Shown in pieces: positions 10,804 to 19,693 of a DNA stretch of 32,000 nucleotides (its first letter is position 1; the number at the start of each line of letters is the position of its first letter). This DNA is from Nitrosomonas europaea (GTDB taxonomy: Bacteria > Pseudomonadota > Gammaproteobacteria > Burkholderiales > Nitrosomonadaceae). Made by a program: the position numbers and the translations under genes. The DNA lies in NCBI RefSeq assembly GCF_900167395.1, contig NZ_FUWK01000008.1, forward strand, positions 11,772 to 43,771, in the 5' to 3' direction. The notes below the pieces were generated by a model. It searched no databases. It had not been told where the DNA came from and saw nothing but the letters and a program-made list of their open reading frames with translations.

Positions 10804-10810
10804 GCTGGTC

Positions 10811-11320
10811 ATGATGAAACGATTGATACATAGTTCACTGAAGCGTTATCTGGTAGTACTGATTTTGTCTTTTACGTCTTTGCAGGGCTATGCAGCAACT
10901 GAAGCAGTACCTGTTGCAGAAGACCCCGAACTTGAGAAACGGTTGGTGAATCTGGCAGAAAATCTTCGTTGTCTCGTGTGCCAGAATGAATCACTGGCTG
11001 CATCCCGTGCGGATTTTGCCAATGATATGAGGCGTGAAATCCGGGAACAGATGCGGATGAATAAAAGCGATGATGAAATCGTAGAATTTCTGGTTGCCCG
11101 TTACGGTGATTTTATACTTTTTAACCCTCCCTTGAAATCAACGACCTGGTTATTGTGGTTTGGCCCGTTTGCCTTGTTTCTGGGTGGTGGTGCCGCTCTC
11201 ATTTTTTATTTGCGGCGGCGTCGTATTCAGATAAATGAAAAGGACTTACCGTTGACTGAAAGTCAGCGTCTTCGGGCCGAGTCTCTCATCAAAGAAATGA
11301 ACAAGGATCAAAGCATATGA
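10811..11320 (+). CDS. ccmH: Cytochrome c-type biogenesis protein CcmH (CcmL-type)
   Basis: Has a signal peptide, the LRCLVCQNESLAAS motif (CxxC), and a C-terminal TM segment followed by RRRR. Confidence 0.9.
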   Translation: MMKRLIHSSLKRYLVVLILSFTSLQGYAATEAVPVAEDPELEKRLVNLAENLRCLVCQNESLAASRADFANDMRREIREQMRMNKSDDEIVEFLVARYGDFILFNPPLKSTTWLLWFGPFALFLGGGAALIFYLRRRRIQINEKDLPLTESQRLRAESLIKEMNKDQSI

Positions 11321-12648
11321 CCGCATTCTGGGTGGTGGCCGGTATATTCATCGTAGTGGCGCTATTGTTCGTGATTCCTGTATTACTGAGAAGTAAAAGA
11401 AACGAATCCCAGGAACAGATTGAACGCCAGGCTGCAAACATCACTATTTATCGTGACCAGCTTGCAGAACTGGAGCGGGATTTACGCAATGATACCCTTT
11501 CCAGAGAACAGTACGACTCCAGTAAACAGGAGTTGCAGAAACGAATGTTGCAGGATGTATCGGAGAATGGTGAATCTGTCACCCATCTGGTTCCAACCAG
11601 TCGCCATGGTGTCGTTGCGGGTATCATTGTTACCCTGGTAATTCCACTTGCCGCTATCTATCTCTACCTGGTAATCGGAGATACGCGCGGGTTGCTGCCT
11701 CAGTCACAACTGGCCAATGCTACCCAGTTTTCTCAGAATGGGGCGGGAGGAGAGGAAGGACATATCGATATCAGTTCAATGGTTGAGAGTCTTGCAGCCC
11801 GCCTCAGGGAAAACCCGGAGGATATAGAGGGCTGGGTGATGCTCGGACGTTCTTATGCAATCATGGAGCGTTTTGATGATGCCAGTGCAACCTATGCCAA
11901 ACTGGTCCAGATGGTTCCGGATAATCCCCAGTTTCTGAGTGATTACGCAGATATGCTGGCCATGATAAATAATGGCAGTTTACTGGGTAAACCTGCTGAA
12001 ATGATTACCAGAGCGCTTGCTATCGATCCGAATTTTCCCAAGGCACTGGCTCTGGCTGGTACTCTCGAGTTTGAACAGGATAAATTTGATCAGGCAGTTG
12101 CTTACTGGGAACGCCTGTTGAGTGCCATACCTGCCGATTCGAGACTTCACAAATCGGTGAGTGACAGTATCGTACAGGCTAAATCTCTGGCGATGAGAAG
12201 TAAAGGTGAATCTGCTCCCGTACAGCTCGCTCAGAATTCAAATGTGGGAACTGATGCTACGGCGGGATCTTCTTCTGCGGAAAAACAGGAAATTTCTGCC
12301 GGTGTGCCAAGTATCTCGGGTTCGGTGACGCTGGATCCCTCTCTGGCTGACAAAGTCTCTCCAGATGATACGCTCTTCGTTTTTGCAAGAGCCAGTCAGG
12401 GGCCAAAAATGCCATTGGCAATCTTGAGATTGAATGCCAGAGATATTCCTGTTTCATTCAAACTCGATGACAATATGGCCATGACTCCTGCGATGAAACT
12501 TTCCAGTTTTCCGGAGGTGGTGGTTGGAGCGAGAATCAGCAAAACCGGGCAGGCCATTCCTGCCAGTGGAGATCTGGAAGGCCATAGTGACCCTGTAAAA
12601 ATCGGTGATGGAGAGGTCTCCATTACGATCGATCACGTCGTTCCATAA
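11317..12648 (+). CDS. ccmI: Cytochrome c-type biogenesis protein CcmI/CycH (TPR protein)
   Basis: Has two N-terminal TM segments, a central region of TPR-like repeats (GWVMLGRSYAIMERFDDASATYAKL...) and a C-terminal beta-rich domain. Its position after ccmH and the ATGA overlap with the ccmH stop fit CcmI. Confidence 0.85.
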   Translation: MTAFWVVAGIFIVVALLFVIPVLLRSKRNESQEQIERQAANITIYRDQLAELERDLRNDTLSREQYDSSKQELQKRMLQDVSENGESVTHLVPTSRHGVVAGIIVTLVIPLAAIYLYLVIGDTRGLLPQSQLANATQFSQNGAGGEEGHIDISSMVESLAARLRENPEDIEGWVMLGRSYAIMERFDDASATYAKLVQMVPDNPQFLSDYADMLAMINNGSLLGKPAEMITRALAIDPNFPKALALAGTLEFEQDKFDQAVAYWERLLSAIPADSRLHKSVSDSIVQAKSLAMRSKGESAPVQLAQNSNVGTDATAGSSSAEKQEISAGVPSISGSVTLDPSLADKVSPDDTLFVFARASQGPKMPLAILRLNARDIPVSFKLDDNMAMTPAMKLSSFPEVVVGARISKTGQAIPASGDLEGHSDPVKIGDGEVSITIDHVVP

Positions 12649-12678
12649 ATTTTAACTATTGATAGAACCCGTATTCTT

Positions 12679-13140
12679 ATGTCTGATGATCTGATTCCGG
12701 ATTTTGAGCTGGCTTCTACAGGTAACAAGCAATTTCGTCTGTCAGACGTAAAGAGCAGATACCTGGTTATTTTCTTTTACCCTAAAGATGATACGCCTGG
12801 CTGTACCAGTGAAAGCCAGCAATTCAGGGATTTATATCCGGAATTTGTGCAGATAGGGTGTGAGATTGTTGGTATTTCTCGCGATAACCTGAAATCCCAC
12901 GATAAATTCAGAGGAAAGTACGATTTACCTTATGATTTGCTGAGTGACAGTGATGAAGTGGTATGCGAGCTGTTTGGTGTCATGAAGATGAAAAACATGT
13001 ATGGTAAACAGGTACGCGGAATAGAACGCAGCACCTTTGTATTGGATCGGGATGGCAAAGTGTATAAGGCATGGCGAGGTGTCAAGGTTCCAGGGCATGC
13101 AGAGGAAGTTCTGGCGTTTATCAAATCAGTCACAGCCTGA
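12679..13140 (+). CDS. bcp: Peroxiredoxin Bcp (thiol peroxidase)
   Basis: FFYPKDDTPGCTSE is the peroxidatic-Cys motif. The 153-aa protein is collinear with E. coli Bcp. Confidence 0.9.
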   Translation: MSDDLIPDFELASTGNKQFRLSDVKSRYLVIFFYPKDDTPGCTSESQQFRDLYPEFVQIGCEIVGISRDNLKSHDKFRGKYDLPYDLLSDSDEVVCELFGVMKMKNMYGKQVRGIERSTFVLDRDGKVYKAWRGVKVPGHAEEVLAFIKSVTA

Positions 13141-13188
13141 GAACGGCTGATCTGTCATTCGGAGCTGGCGAAAGCTGGCTTTGTCATC

Positions 13189-14175
13189 TCAGAGTAACAA
13201 ATGCTTGATTGAATCCAGTTCCTGGGTCAGCTCATCATAAGCGATATCCAGTCTGGTACGAGAGAATGGGCTGATTTCAAGCCCTTGCACAATCTTCCTT
13301 CCGCCATTTTTACAAACTACCGGGAATCCGTAAATTACACCTTTCGGTATTTTATAGCTGCCATCAGACAAAATTCCCATTGTGATCCAGTCATCGTCTC
13401 TGGTTCCAAAAATCCAGTCACGCATATGATCAATAATGGCGTTTGCTGCGCTGGCTGCGCTGGATAGGCCGCGAGCCTCGATCACCACAGCACCTCGGTT
13501 TTGGACAGTAGGAATGAAACTGTTTTCAACCCAGGTCTGATCTTTGATGAGATCGATCACTTTTTGATGATCGATTTCTGCATGAGATAAATCAGGAAAT
13601 TGGGTAGATGAATGGTTGCCCCATACGATCATTTTTCTGATATGGCTGACCGGCTGGTTCAGCTTCATGGCAACTTGTGATAGCGCCCGGTTATGATCAA
13701 GCCTGAGCATTCCTGAAAAATTCTCTGGCGACAAGTCTGGTGCATTCTTCATGGTAATGAGGGTATTGGTATTAGCAGGATTTCCTACTACCAGAATTTT
13801 CGCATCTCGTTTTACCACCTGGTTCAAGGCTCTGCCTTGTTCCCTGAAAATTTCGCCGTTGGTCTGCAGTAAATCCTTGCGTTCCATACCTTTACCGCGT
13901 GGGCGTGCTCCAACCAGTATTGCAATATCGGCCTGATCAAATGCTATCATCGGATCATGCGTTACGATAATGTCCGTCAACAACGGAAAAGCACAATCCT
14001 GAAGCTCCATGAGAACACCATCCAGTACCTTTCCGGATTCCGGAATATCGAGGAGCTGAAGAATTACGGGTTGGCTACTGCCCAGCATATCTCCGGCGGC
14101 AATTCTGAATAACAGGCTGTAGCTGATTTGTCCTGCTGCGCCGGTGACGGCAATACGAATGGGTGAAGACACCAA
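13189..14175 (-). CDS. mdh: Malate dehydrogenase (328-aa, LDH-like type)
   Basis: [27 protein letters not shown] is the Rossmann N-terminus, and MLRLDHNRA and [12 protein letters not shown] are also present. The start is TTG 14175, with GTG 14172 as an alternative. The RBS AAGGAG is the reverse complement of 14183-14188. Confidence 0.93.
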   Translation of the reverse strand: MVSSPIRIAVTGAAGQISYSLLFRIAAGDMLGSSQPVILQLLDIPESGKVLDGVLMELQDCAFPLLTDIIVTHDPMIAFDQADIAILVGARPRGKGMERKDLLQTNGEIFREQGRALNQVVKRDAKILVVGNPANTNTLITMKNAPDLSPENFSGMLRLDHNRALSQVAMKLNQPVSHIRKMIVWGNHSSTQFPDLSHAEIDHQKVIDLIKDQTWVENSFIPTVQNRGAVVIEARGLSSAASAANAIIDHMRDWIFGTRDDDWITMGILSDGSYKIPKGVIYGFPVVCKNGGRKIVQGLEISPFSRTRLDIAYDELTQELDSIKHLLL

Positions 14176-14397
14176 ATCCTGCTCCTTGAGTATTTGATAT
14201 ATTTCCCAGTGGGAAAAGAGATCGGGTGGAAAAAACAGTTAGGAATTATACCGGCAAATTTCAACATCAAGAAAGGTAAGCGTCACCTGGACTGTAACTT
14301 TGTTGGTTGAGAGTGAAAAATAATAGAAATGATCTGAATACAGAAATCACAATGTACTTTCCTTATATGCTAAACAAATTATCCGGATCAGAGCTTT

Positions 14398-15816
14398 ATG
14401 CATAAATTTGATGTGGTAATCATTGGTGCAGGCAGCGCTGGTTTATCTGCTCTGCGTGAGGTAAAAAAACACACTGACAACTTCATATTGATCAATGAAG
14501 GTCCATGGGGAACTACTTGTGCCCGGGTGGGGTGCATGCCCTCCAAATTATTGATTGAGGCTGCCAATGCTTTTTACCGGCGAGTCAGTTTTAATGAATT
14601 CGGCATTACGGGTGCAGATCAGTTGGGAGTGGATCATAAACGGGTTCTGCAGCGTGTGCGCAGACTACGGGATGATTTTGTCACCAGTACACTTGGGGCA
14701 ACCAGGGAATTGGGTGAACGGGCCATATCAGGCCGTGCTCATATTCTTTCTCCACATCAGGTGATGGTCAATGGTGAAAAATTTCATACTCGTAAAATCA
14801 TCATTGCAACTGGTTCCCGGCCTGTCGTACCGGAGCCCTGGCAAAGTCTTGGCAAACGTTTGTTTACGACAGATACGCTGTTTGAACAGGAAGCTTTGCC
14901 AGAACGCATCGCTGTTATCGGTATGGGGCCGGTAGGTCTGGAAATGGCGCAGGCACTATCCAGGCTGGGTGTGCGTGTTACCGGCTTTGGTTCCGGCAGG
15001 ATGATCGGCGGTATTACTGATCCTCTCATCAATCAGGCAGCAGTGACACTGTTATCCAAAGAATTTTCTTTGCATCTTGGAACCAGAGCGGATATTACGG
15101 TAAATGTCGATAGTGACGTGATTACGGTCAATTCGGGTGACATTAGAATCGAGGTCGACAGTGTACTGGCTGCTTTGGGGAGGCGGCCAAACATCGATGA
15201 TATCAATCTGGAAGCATTGGGTGTGCCGCTTGATGAAAGAGGTTTGCCACCCGTAAATCCTGATACTTTACAGATTGCTGATCTGCCGGTATTCCTGGCG
15301 GGTGATGTCAATCAACGTTCTCCTGTATTGCATGAAGCTGCGGATGACGGACATATTGCCGGCTTGAATGCAACCAGAGAAAAATTGGTTTGTTTCAAAC
15401 GGCGCGTGCCACTGACTATTGTATTTTCTGATCCTAATATCGCCGTGGTTGGAAAATCCTTTCGATCGCTCGAACATGAAGATATCCGGGCGGGTGAGGT
15501 AGATTTCAGCCGTCAGGGGCGGGCACGTTCGGCCCAGTCTAATCGTGGTGTGCTGCGTGTGTATGCTGCTGCAAACAGTGGCCGGCTGCTGGGTGCAGAA
15601 ATGTGTGCACCGGCTGGAGAACATTTTGCGCATTTGCTGGCACTGGCAATCGATCAGTCCTTGAGTGTATGGGATTTATTGCGATTGCCGTTTTATCATC
15701 CGGTGCTGGAAGAAGGATTGCGTACTGCGTTACGTAACCTGGCTTCGAAACTACCTGCATGCAGCGAATCGGATCTGGCTGTTTGCGGCCCCTTTAATGC
15801 CGAAGCGCTTGACTGA
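14398..15816 (+). CDS. Pyridine nucleotide-disulfide oxidoreductase, dihydrolipoyl-dehydrogenase family
   Basis: Has an FAD motif (VVIIGAGSAGLSA), a redox-active disulfide (GTTCARVGCMPSK), a second Rossmann fold (IAVIGMGPVGLEMA), and a C-terminal dimerisation domain with YHPVLEE. No E1 or E2 genes are nearby, so its physiological partner is unknown. Confidence 0.85.
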   Translation: MHKFDVVIIGAGSAGLSALREVKKHTDNFILINEGPWGTTCARVGCMPSKLLIEAANAFYRRVSFNEFGITGADQLGVDHKRVLQRVRRLRDDFVTSTLGATRELGERAISGRAHILSPHQVMVNGEKFHTRKIIIATGSRPVVPEPWQSLGKRLFTTDTLFEQEALPERIAVIGMGPVGLEMAQALSRLGVRVTGFGSGRMIGGITDPLINQAAVTLLSKEFSLHLGTRADITVNVDSDVITVNSGDIRIEVDSVLAALGRRPNIDDINLEALGVPLDERGLPPVNPDTLQIADLPVFLAGDVNQRSPVLHEAADDGHIAGLNATREKLVCFKRRVPLTIVFSDPNIAVVGKSFRSLEHEDIRAGEVDFSRQGRARSAQSNRGVLRVYAAANSGRLLGAEMCAPAGEHFAHLLALAIDQSLSVWDLLRLPFYHPVLEEGLRTALRNLASKLPACSESDLAVCGPFNAEALD

Positions 15817-15930
15817 AAGCCATATTCGAGCCGTGATGGTGAGCCAAACTAAAATATGGCTGACTACAACAGGGCTATGGATTGGCTGTACGGGTCTATA
15901 TTGCGGTGTGAGCTGCTGAATGATGATGAG

Positions 15931-16006
15931 TGGTGGCGAATCAGGGATTTGAACCCCGGACCAACGGATTATGATTCCGCTGCTCTAACCACTGAGCTAA
16001 TTCGCC
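15931..16006 (-). tRNA. tRNA with anticodon CAU, 76 nt with encoded CCA; either tRNA-Ile2 (lysidine) or elongator tRNA-Met
   Basis: The reverse complement folds by hand into a cloverleaf: GGCGAAT-TA-GCTC-AGTGGTTA-GAGC-A-GCGGA-ATCATAA-TCCGT-TGGTC-CGGGG-TTCAAAT-CCCTG-ATTCGCC-ACCA. The D-arm and variable loop are identical to E. coli ileX as I recall it. Confidence 0.9.
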
Positions 16007-16030
16007 ATGTATCTGAACGACAGAGCGCGT

Positions 16031-16059
16031 ATTCTGCCTTCTGCAGGAAAGGTAGTCAA
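16031..16059 (-). promoter_or_regulatory. Putative sigma70 promoter for the tRNA gene
   Basis: On the (-) strand: TTGACT (reverse complement of 16054-16059), a 17-nt spacer, then CAGAAT (reverse complement of 16031-16036). A GC-rich discriminator (ACGCGC) follows. The predicted start is about 20 nt upstream of the mature tRNA 5' end. Confidence 0.4.
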
Positions 16060-16246
16060 GACCGTTGCTTTCCATCGACCTTGAAATAACGAGATAAATG
16101 CAATTTGCTGACCTCGGCATTGCTATTTCCCGGTATCGCAATCATGTGAGTTTGATCTGGATCAGTATTTCGATGTCCTCTTTCCTCTACTCTCTTGATG
16201 CAGTTCCGGGAAACATTTCGTAAATCTCAAGGATAAGAGGATAAGT

Positions 16247-16417
16247 ATGAAGATCAAATTGATGGTCATCGTATCGATGGTAATGGCTGTGGCCGCTTGC
16301 AAACCATCTGTACCCAATTCGCCTGACTCGTCATCGTATGGAAAAACTGTTCAGCCATTTCACCAGATTCCTGCTGAAGATCAGGAAGGAGGGGGAAAAC
16401 CCAGATCAATCGAATAG
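16247..16417 (+). CDS. Small putative lipoprotein (56 aa), below the ORF-track length cutoff
   Basis: Translates to MKIKLMVIVSMVMAVAACKPSVPNSPDSSSYGKTVQPFHQIPAEDQEGGGKPRSIE. It has a positively charged N-terminus, a hydrophobic core and a lipobox-like AVAAC. The RBS AAGAGG (16235-16240) is 6 nt before the ATG. Confidence 0.5.
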   Translation: MKIKLMVIVSMVMAVAACKPSVPNSPDSSSYGKTVQPFHQIPAEDQEGGGKPRSIE

Positions 16418-16594
16418 GAAATTGCAGGTTTCTACTGGTTGCCATTGTGATAACCAGGCTTTGGTATAGCTTCGCAGGTTACATAAGCAATGTCTGATTG
16501 GCTGTTGTAGCCTGCTTTCAAACAGGGATATTTTTCCCTTCACAGTATTCCTGATAGTATGCCGTCATTCAAGTAATCTACAGATTGCAGCGGC

Positions 16595-17428
16595 GTGCGC
16601 CATATTACTTCTCGCGAACATCCCTTATTCAAGAAGCTGTTTAAGCTGCAACACTCGGCACGTCAGCGTCATGATGAAGGCATGACGCTGCTCGATGGCA
16701 TCCATTTACTGCAGTCCTGCCTGGCATCCGGCAAGACCCCGGTGTTGCTGATTGTCAGTGAATCCGGTAGCCAGCATCCTGAAATCAGTCAGTTACTGAT
16801 TCATATTGATAAAGATCCTCAGAAAACAGATTGTCTGATGCTGAGTGATACATTATTCAATCAGATATCGCCTGTTAAAACGCCGGTTGGCATACTGGCG
16901 CTCATTGATATTCCTCAACATACACTACCTGCAGACACATACCAGAATTCTTTTAGTATCTTACTGGAAGGTATTCAGGATCCCGGTAACCTGGGTTCGA
17001 TGCTGCGCTCTGCCGCTGCTGCCGGCGTAGAAGGTGTTTTCCTTTCCTCCGATTGTGCCGACGCCTGGTCGCCCAAAACACTGAGAGCAGGCATGGGAGC
17101 GCATTTTTCATTGAAAATTCATGAGAATGTCGACCTGATCCAAGTTGCCCGCCAGTTTGCCGGCAATGTCGTGGCAACGACATTGCATGATGCCAGCAAT
17201 CTTTTTCACACAGATTTACGAGGGGCGGTCGTGTTTGTTTTCGGGAATGAAGGGGGCGGGATTTCAGAAGAACTTCTGGAAACCGTACATCAGCGAGTGA
17301 TGATACCTATGCCAGGGTGTACCGAATCACTCAATGTCGCTACGGCAGCAGCCATCTGTTTATTTGAGAAAGTCCGGCAGGATACCTGTGCTGGTGATTC
17401 TCACGAGAACAGCATGGGCAGCAGATGA
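16595..17428 (+). CDS. SpoU/TrmH-family RNA 2'-O-methyltransferase
   Basis: All three SpoU motifs are present: DPGNLGSMLRSAAAAGV, FVFGNEGGGISEE and ESLNVATAAAICLFE. The N-terminal ITSREHPLFKKL is typical of this family. The start is GTG with no clear SD. Confidence 0.85.
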   Translation: MRHITSREHPLFKKLFKLQHSARQRHDEGMTLLDGIHLLQSCLASGKTPVLLIVSESGSQHPEISQLLIHIDKDPQKTDCLMLSDTLFNQISPVKTPVGILALIDIPQHTLPADTYQNSFSILLEGIQDPGNLGSMLRSAAAAGVEGVFLSSDCADAWSPKTLRAGMGAHFSLKIHENVDLIQVARQFAGNVVATTLHDASNLFHTDLRGAVVFVFGNEGGGISEELLETVHQRVMIPMPGCTESLNVATAAAICLFEKVRQDTCAGDSHENSMGSR

Positions 17429-17453
17429 AATCTGCCTTTCCATGAGTCGATCA

Positions 17454-18812
17454 TCAGGATTTATTTGAAATTGTTTCTTGATCAGCAGCACTGTTTTCAT
17501 CACGCATGGAATGAGGTATGTCAGTGGCCAAATCGCGGGGATCTGCCAGATATCTGAGAATGCGGATTTTGTCATCGAGATCATGTTTTTCGTTCTTGAG
17601 ACTGGCGATGATCAGTTCAATCGGGTCTGCAGCGCTATTCTGTAATTTAACCGTGCGGTAGAAATGAACGAAATCATCCAATGAAACAATGCCGGTGCAA
17701 TTGACGAACGCGTGATAATCGTTCCGGAGATGACCGTGTAAACGTGCCTGACTGATCCACTGCACGAGTTGCTGGTAACTGAAACCGGTTCGCAGGGCGA
17801 TATCCAGCGCATTGGCATTAGCCAGATTTTCAATATTGTCGTATCCCTCCCGTTTCAGAAGAATTTCCTGGTTATAGTTGATACCCGGTAAATCCGAGAG
17901 TGGTGAGGCAAATTCGTGAATCCGGACTAAACCAAGTGCCTTGGTTGCGATATTTTCGAGAAATACCAGACCACGATCGGGAAAATGGCCGATGAAGAAA
18001 CTCCATACAGGCAGACTTCTGATCAGGATTGCATCGGGTTCTGAAAATTTGTCGGGATCGATCAGGAAATAACTCAGAACCATCGCCAGTAAAGATCCCG
18101 TAATCATGCGCACACTGCTGTTGATAAAGATGTTGGGCGTCATATCCAGTGTGAAATAGCTCCGGACCATTAACCCGATAAAGTAGACATACCCGCCCAG
18201 GAAGCCAAACTGAAACGCAGTCAGAGTATAGACGAGGACGTTGATATAGTCTCTGTTTCCTACCATGTAAGACTTCATGTACGTGCCAAGCATCAGAAAG
18301 TTGGCTCCTTTGCTGTAATCGACTCCGTTAGCGTATGCCAGATCCGGAAGTGCCAACGGGGCCGGTTTCAGCAGCAAGATGATCATGCAGCCAAACATCA
18401 CCACGAACATCAGGCTCATCATGCTGCCAAGATAACTGCGTATGCTGGAAATCTTGCTCAGGTAATTCTGAATATAGTTGCTGTTGGCGGAATAGATCGC
18501 GGGCGGAAGTTCCCGTTGCAGGCGGCGCTTCTTTTCCTCGCGCATCGAGCTGGTATAACAAAGTGTGATCAGTGGAATAATCCCGACAGCGAAAACCAGC
18601 AATACCAGGTTATATTGAAAAAATATGGGATCAAACCATGACGCGATCTGCCTGTAGGGCGAGGTATTTACCGTATCTTCCAGCAGGTGGGGTGGCTGCA
18701 TGCTGGCATAGAATAAAAACAGTACCATGCCGATAAAAAGCGCATTCGCCGCAATGAACAAGCTTGGGTAAAAGTAAAAGATAAAGTTTCTTCCAGATTT
18801 CTCGCCAGACAT
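17454..18812 (-). CDS. Polytopic inner-membrane protein of unknown function, with a soluble HhH-like C-terminal domain
   Basis: A 452-aa ORF. The strong RBS GGGAGGA is 5 nt upstream of the ATG (reverse complement of 18818-18824). There are about 5-6 hydrophobic helices in residues 1-300. The C-terminal ~150 aa are hydrophilic and contain LPGINYNQEILLKREGYDNIENLANANALDIALRTGFSYQQLVQWISQARL. Confidence 0.8.
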   Translation of the reverse strand: MSGEKSGRNFIFYFYPSLFIAANALFIGMVLFLFYASMQPPHLLEDTVNTSPYRQIASWFDPIFFQYNLVLLVFAVGIIPLITLCYTSSMREEKKRRLQRELPPAIYSANSNYIQNYLSKISSIRSYLGSMMSLMFVVMFGCMIILLLKPAPLALPDLAYANGVDYSKGANFLMLGTYMKSYMVGNRDYINVLVYTLTAFQFGFLGGYVYFIGLMVRSYFTLDMTPNIFINSSVRMITGSLLAMVLSYFLIDPDKFSEPDAILIRSLPVWSFFIGHFPDRGLVFLENIATKALGLVRIHEFASPLSDLPGINYNQEILLKREGYDNIENLANANALDIALRTGFSYQQLVQWISQARLHGHLRNDYHAFVNCTGIVSLDDFVHFYRTVKLQNSAADPIELIIASLKNEKHDLDDKIRILRYLADPRDLATDIPHSMRDENSAADQETISNKS

Positions 18813-18846
18813 TTTTATCCTCCCAAGCTTGAAGAATGGTTAAACG

Positions 18847-19599
18847 TTATGAGTGATTTTCAGTAAGTTCCCGCACCAGATTGAGATAAAACTGAAGATG
18901 ATTAAACGGTCGTGCTTTGCGTGCATCCGGCCAGGCGAAACTCCAGCCGGTCAGTTCAAAATGGTCTGCCTGCAATACATCTCTGAATTCTCCCCATTGT
19001 GCCGATGCCACGGGCACCATCCCGTCATTATCGCCACTGTTTGCAGCAATCTTGTTTCCCCAGGAACGCAGAATGAATGACATGTCAGTAGGGCAGCGCA
19101 TACTCGCATACGAGCAATATCTGACATCCTTCCGATTACTGATTTCTATGTTGAATCGGGCGCATGATTCGGGGGTTAAATCATTGACGGCGGGTGTGGA
19201 AATGGAGTGCATCAAACGAAAGCACATATCTGATCCTTCGATAGTCCATTTTGCTAAAGGTGATCCATGATGAGGCGTGGCAACCGTGGTTAAACTCCGT
19301 ACCCGGTGCATCGGGTCCAGATGGTGGATCAAATATCGGCAATCCAGACCCCCCATACTATGCGCGATCAGATCGATACGATCCGCGCTGATGTGAGCTA
19401 AGAAATTTGCCAGAACACGTGCGCGATCTTCGATATATCCGGTAGCAGGTAATTCTGGAAAGAGAACCTGCCGAGTGCTGTTCCTCAAACTGGAGCGCAG
19501 ATTCCGGAAATAATGCACCTTTTTTCCGAAAATGGAAAAAGATGAAAAGCCCAGCAATCCATGAACAAAAATGATAGCCCCGTTGTTTGGATCACTCAT
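18847..19599 (-). CDS. Lipase-like alpha/beta hydrolase, no signal peptide
   Basis: Catalytic landmarks are present: oxyanion FVHGLLGF, nucleophile elbow AHSMGG, Asp in GDNDGMV and His in ADHFELTGW. ATG 19599 is preferred over the track's GTG 19602 because the RBS GGGAGA is then 4 nt upstream. Confidence 0.85.
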   Translation of the reverse strand: MSDPNNGAIIFVHGLLGFSSFSIFGKKVHYFRNLRSSLRNSTRQVLFPELPATGYIEDRARVLANFLAHISADRIDLIAHSMGGLDCRYLIHHLDPMHRVRSLTTVATPHHGSPLAKWTIEGSDMCFRLMHSISTPAVNDLTPESCARFNIEISNRKDVRYCSYASMRCPTDMSFILRSWGNKIAANSGDNDGMVPVASAQWGEFRDVLQADHFELTGWSFAWPDARKARPFNHLQFYLNLVRELTENHS

Positions 19600-19693
19600 C
19601 ACATCTCCCTATAAAAAAACAGGTTTCCCCATTGTTACAAACTACTCATCACCCTTACCGCAAGATATTGACCAGAGCAGTATCTGTGGTTCT

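Noticed and set aside
15818-15861. A 9-bp inverted repeat, AGCCATATT ... AATATGGCT, just after the flavoprotein stop codon. I considered it as a terminator for that gene or for the convergent tRNA.
   Set aside because: The loop is 26 nt and no U-tract follows on either strand, so it is not a convincing intrinsic terminator. I kept it only as a note.
15856-16141. ORFs 15856-16089 (+) and 15941-16141 (-) from the track.
   Set aside because: Both run straight through the tRNA gene at 15931-16006. The tRNA cloverleaf explains the sequence.
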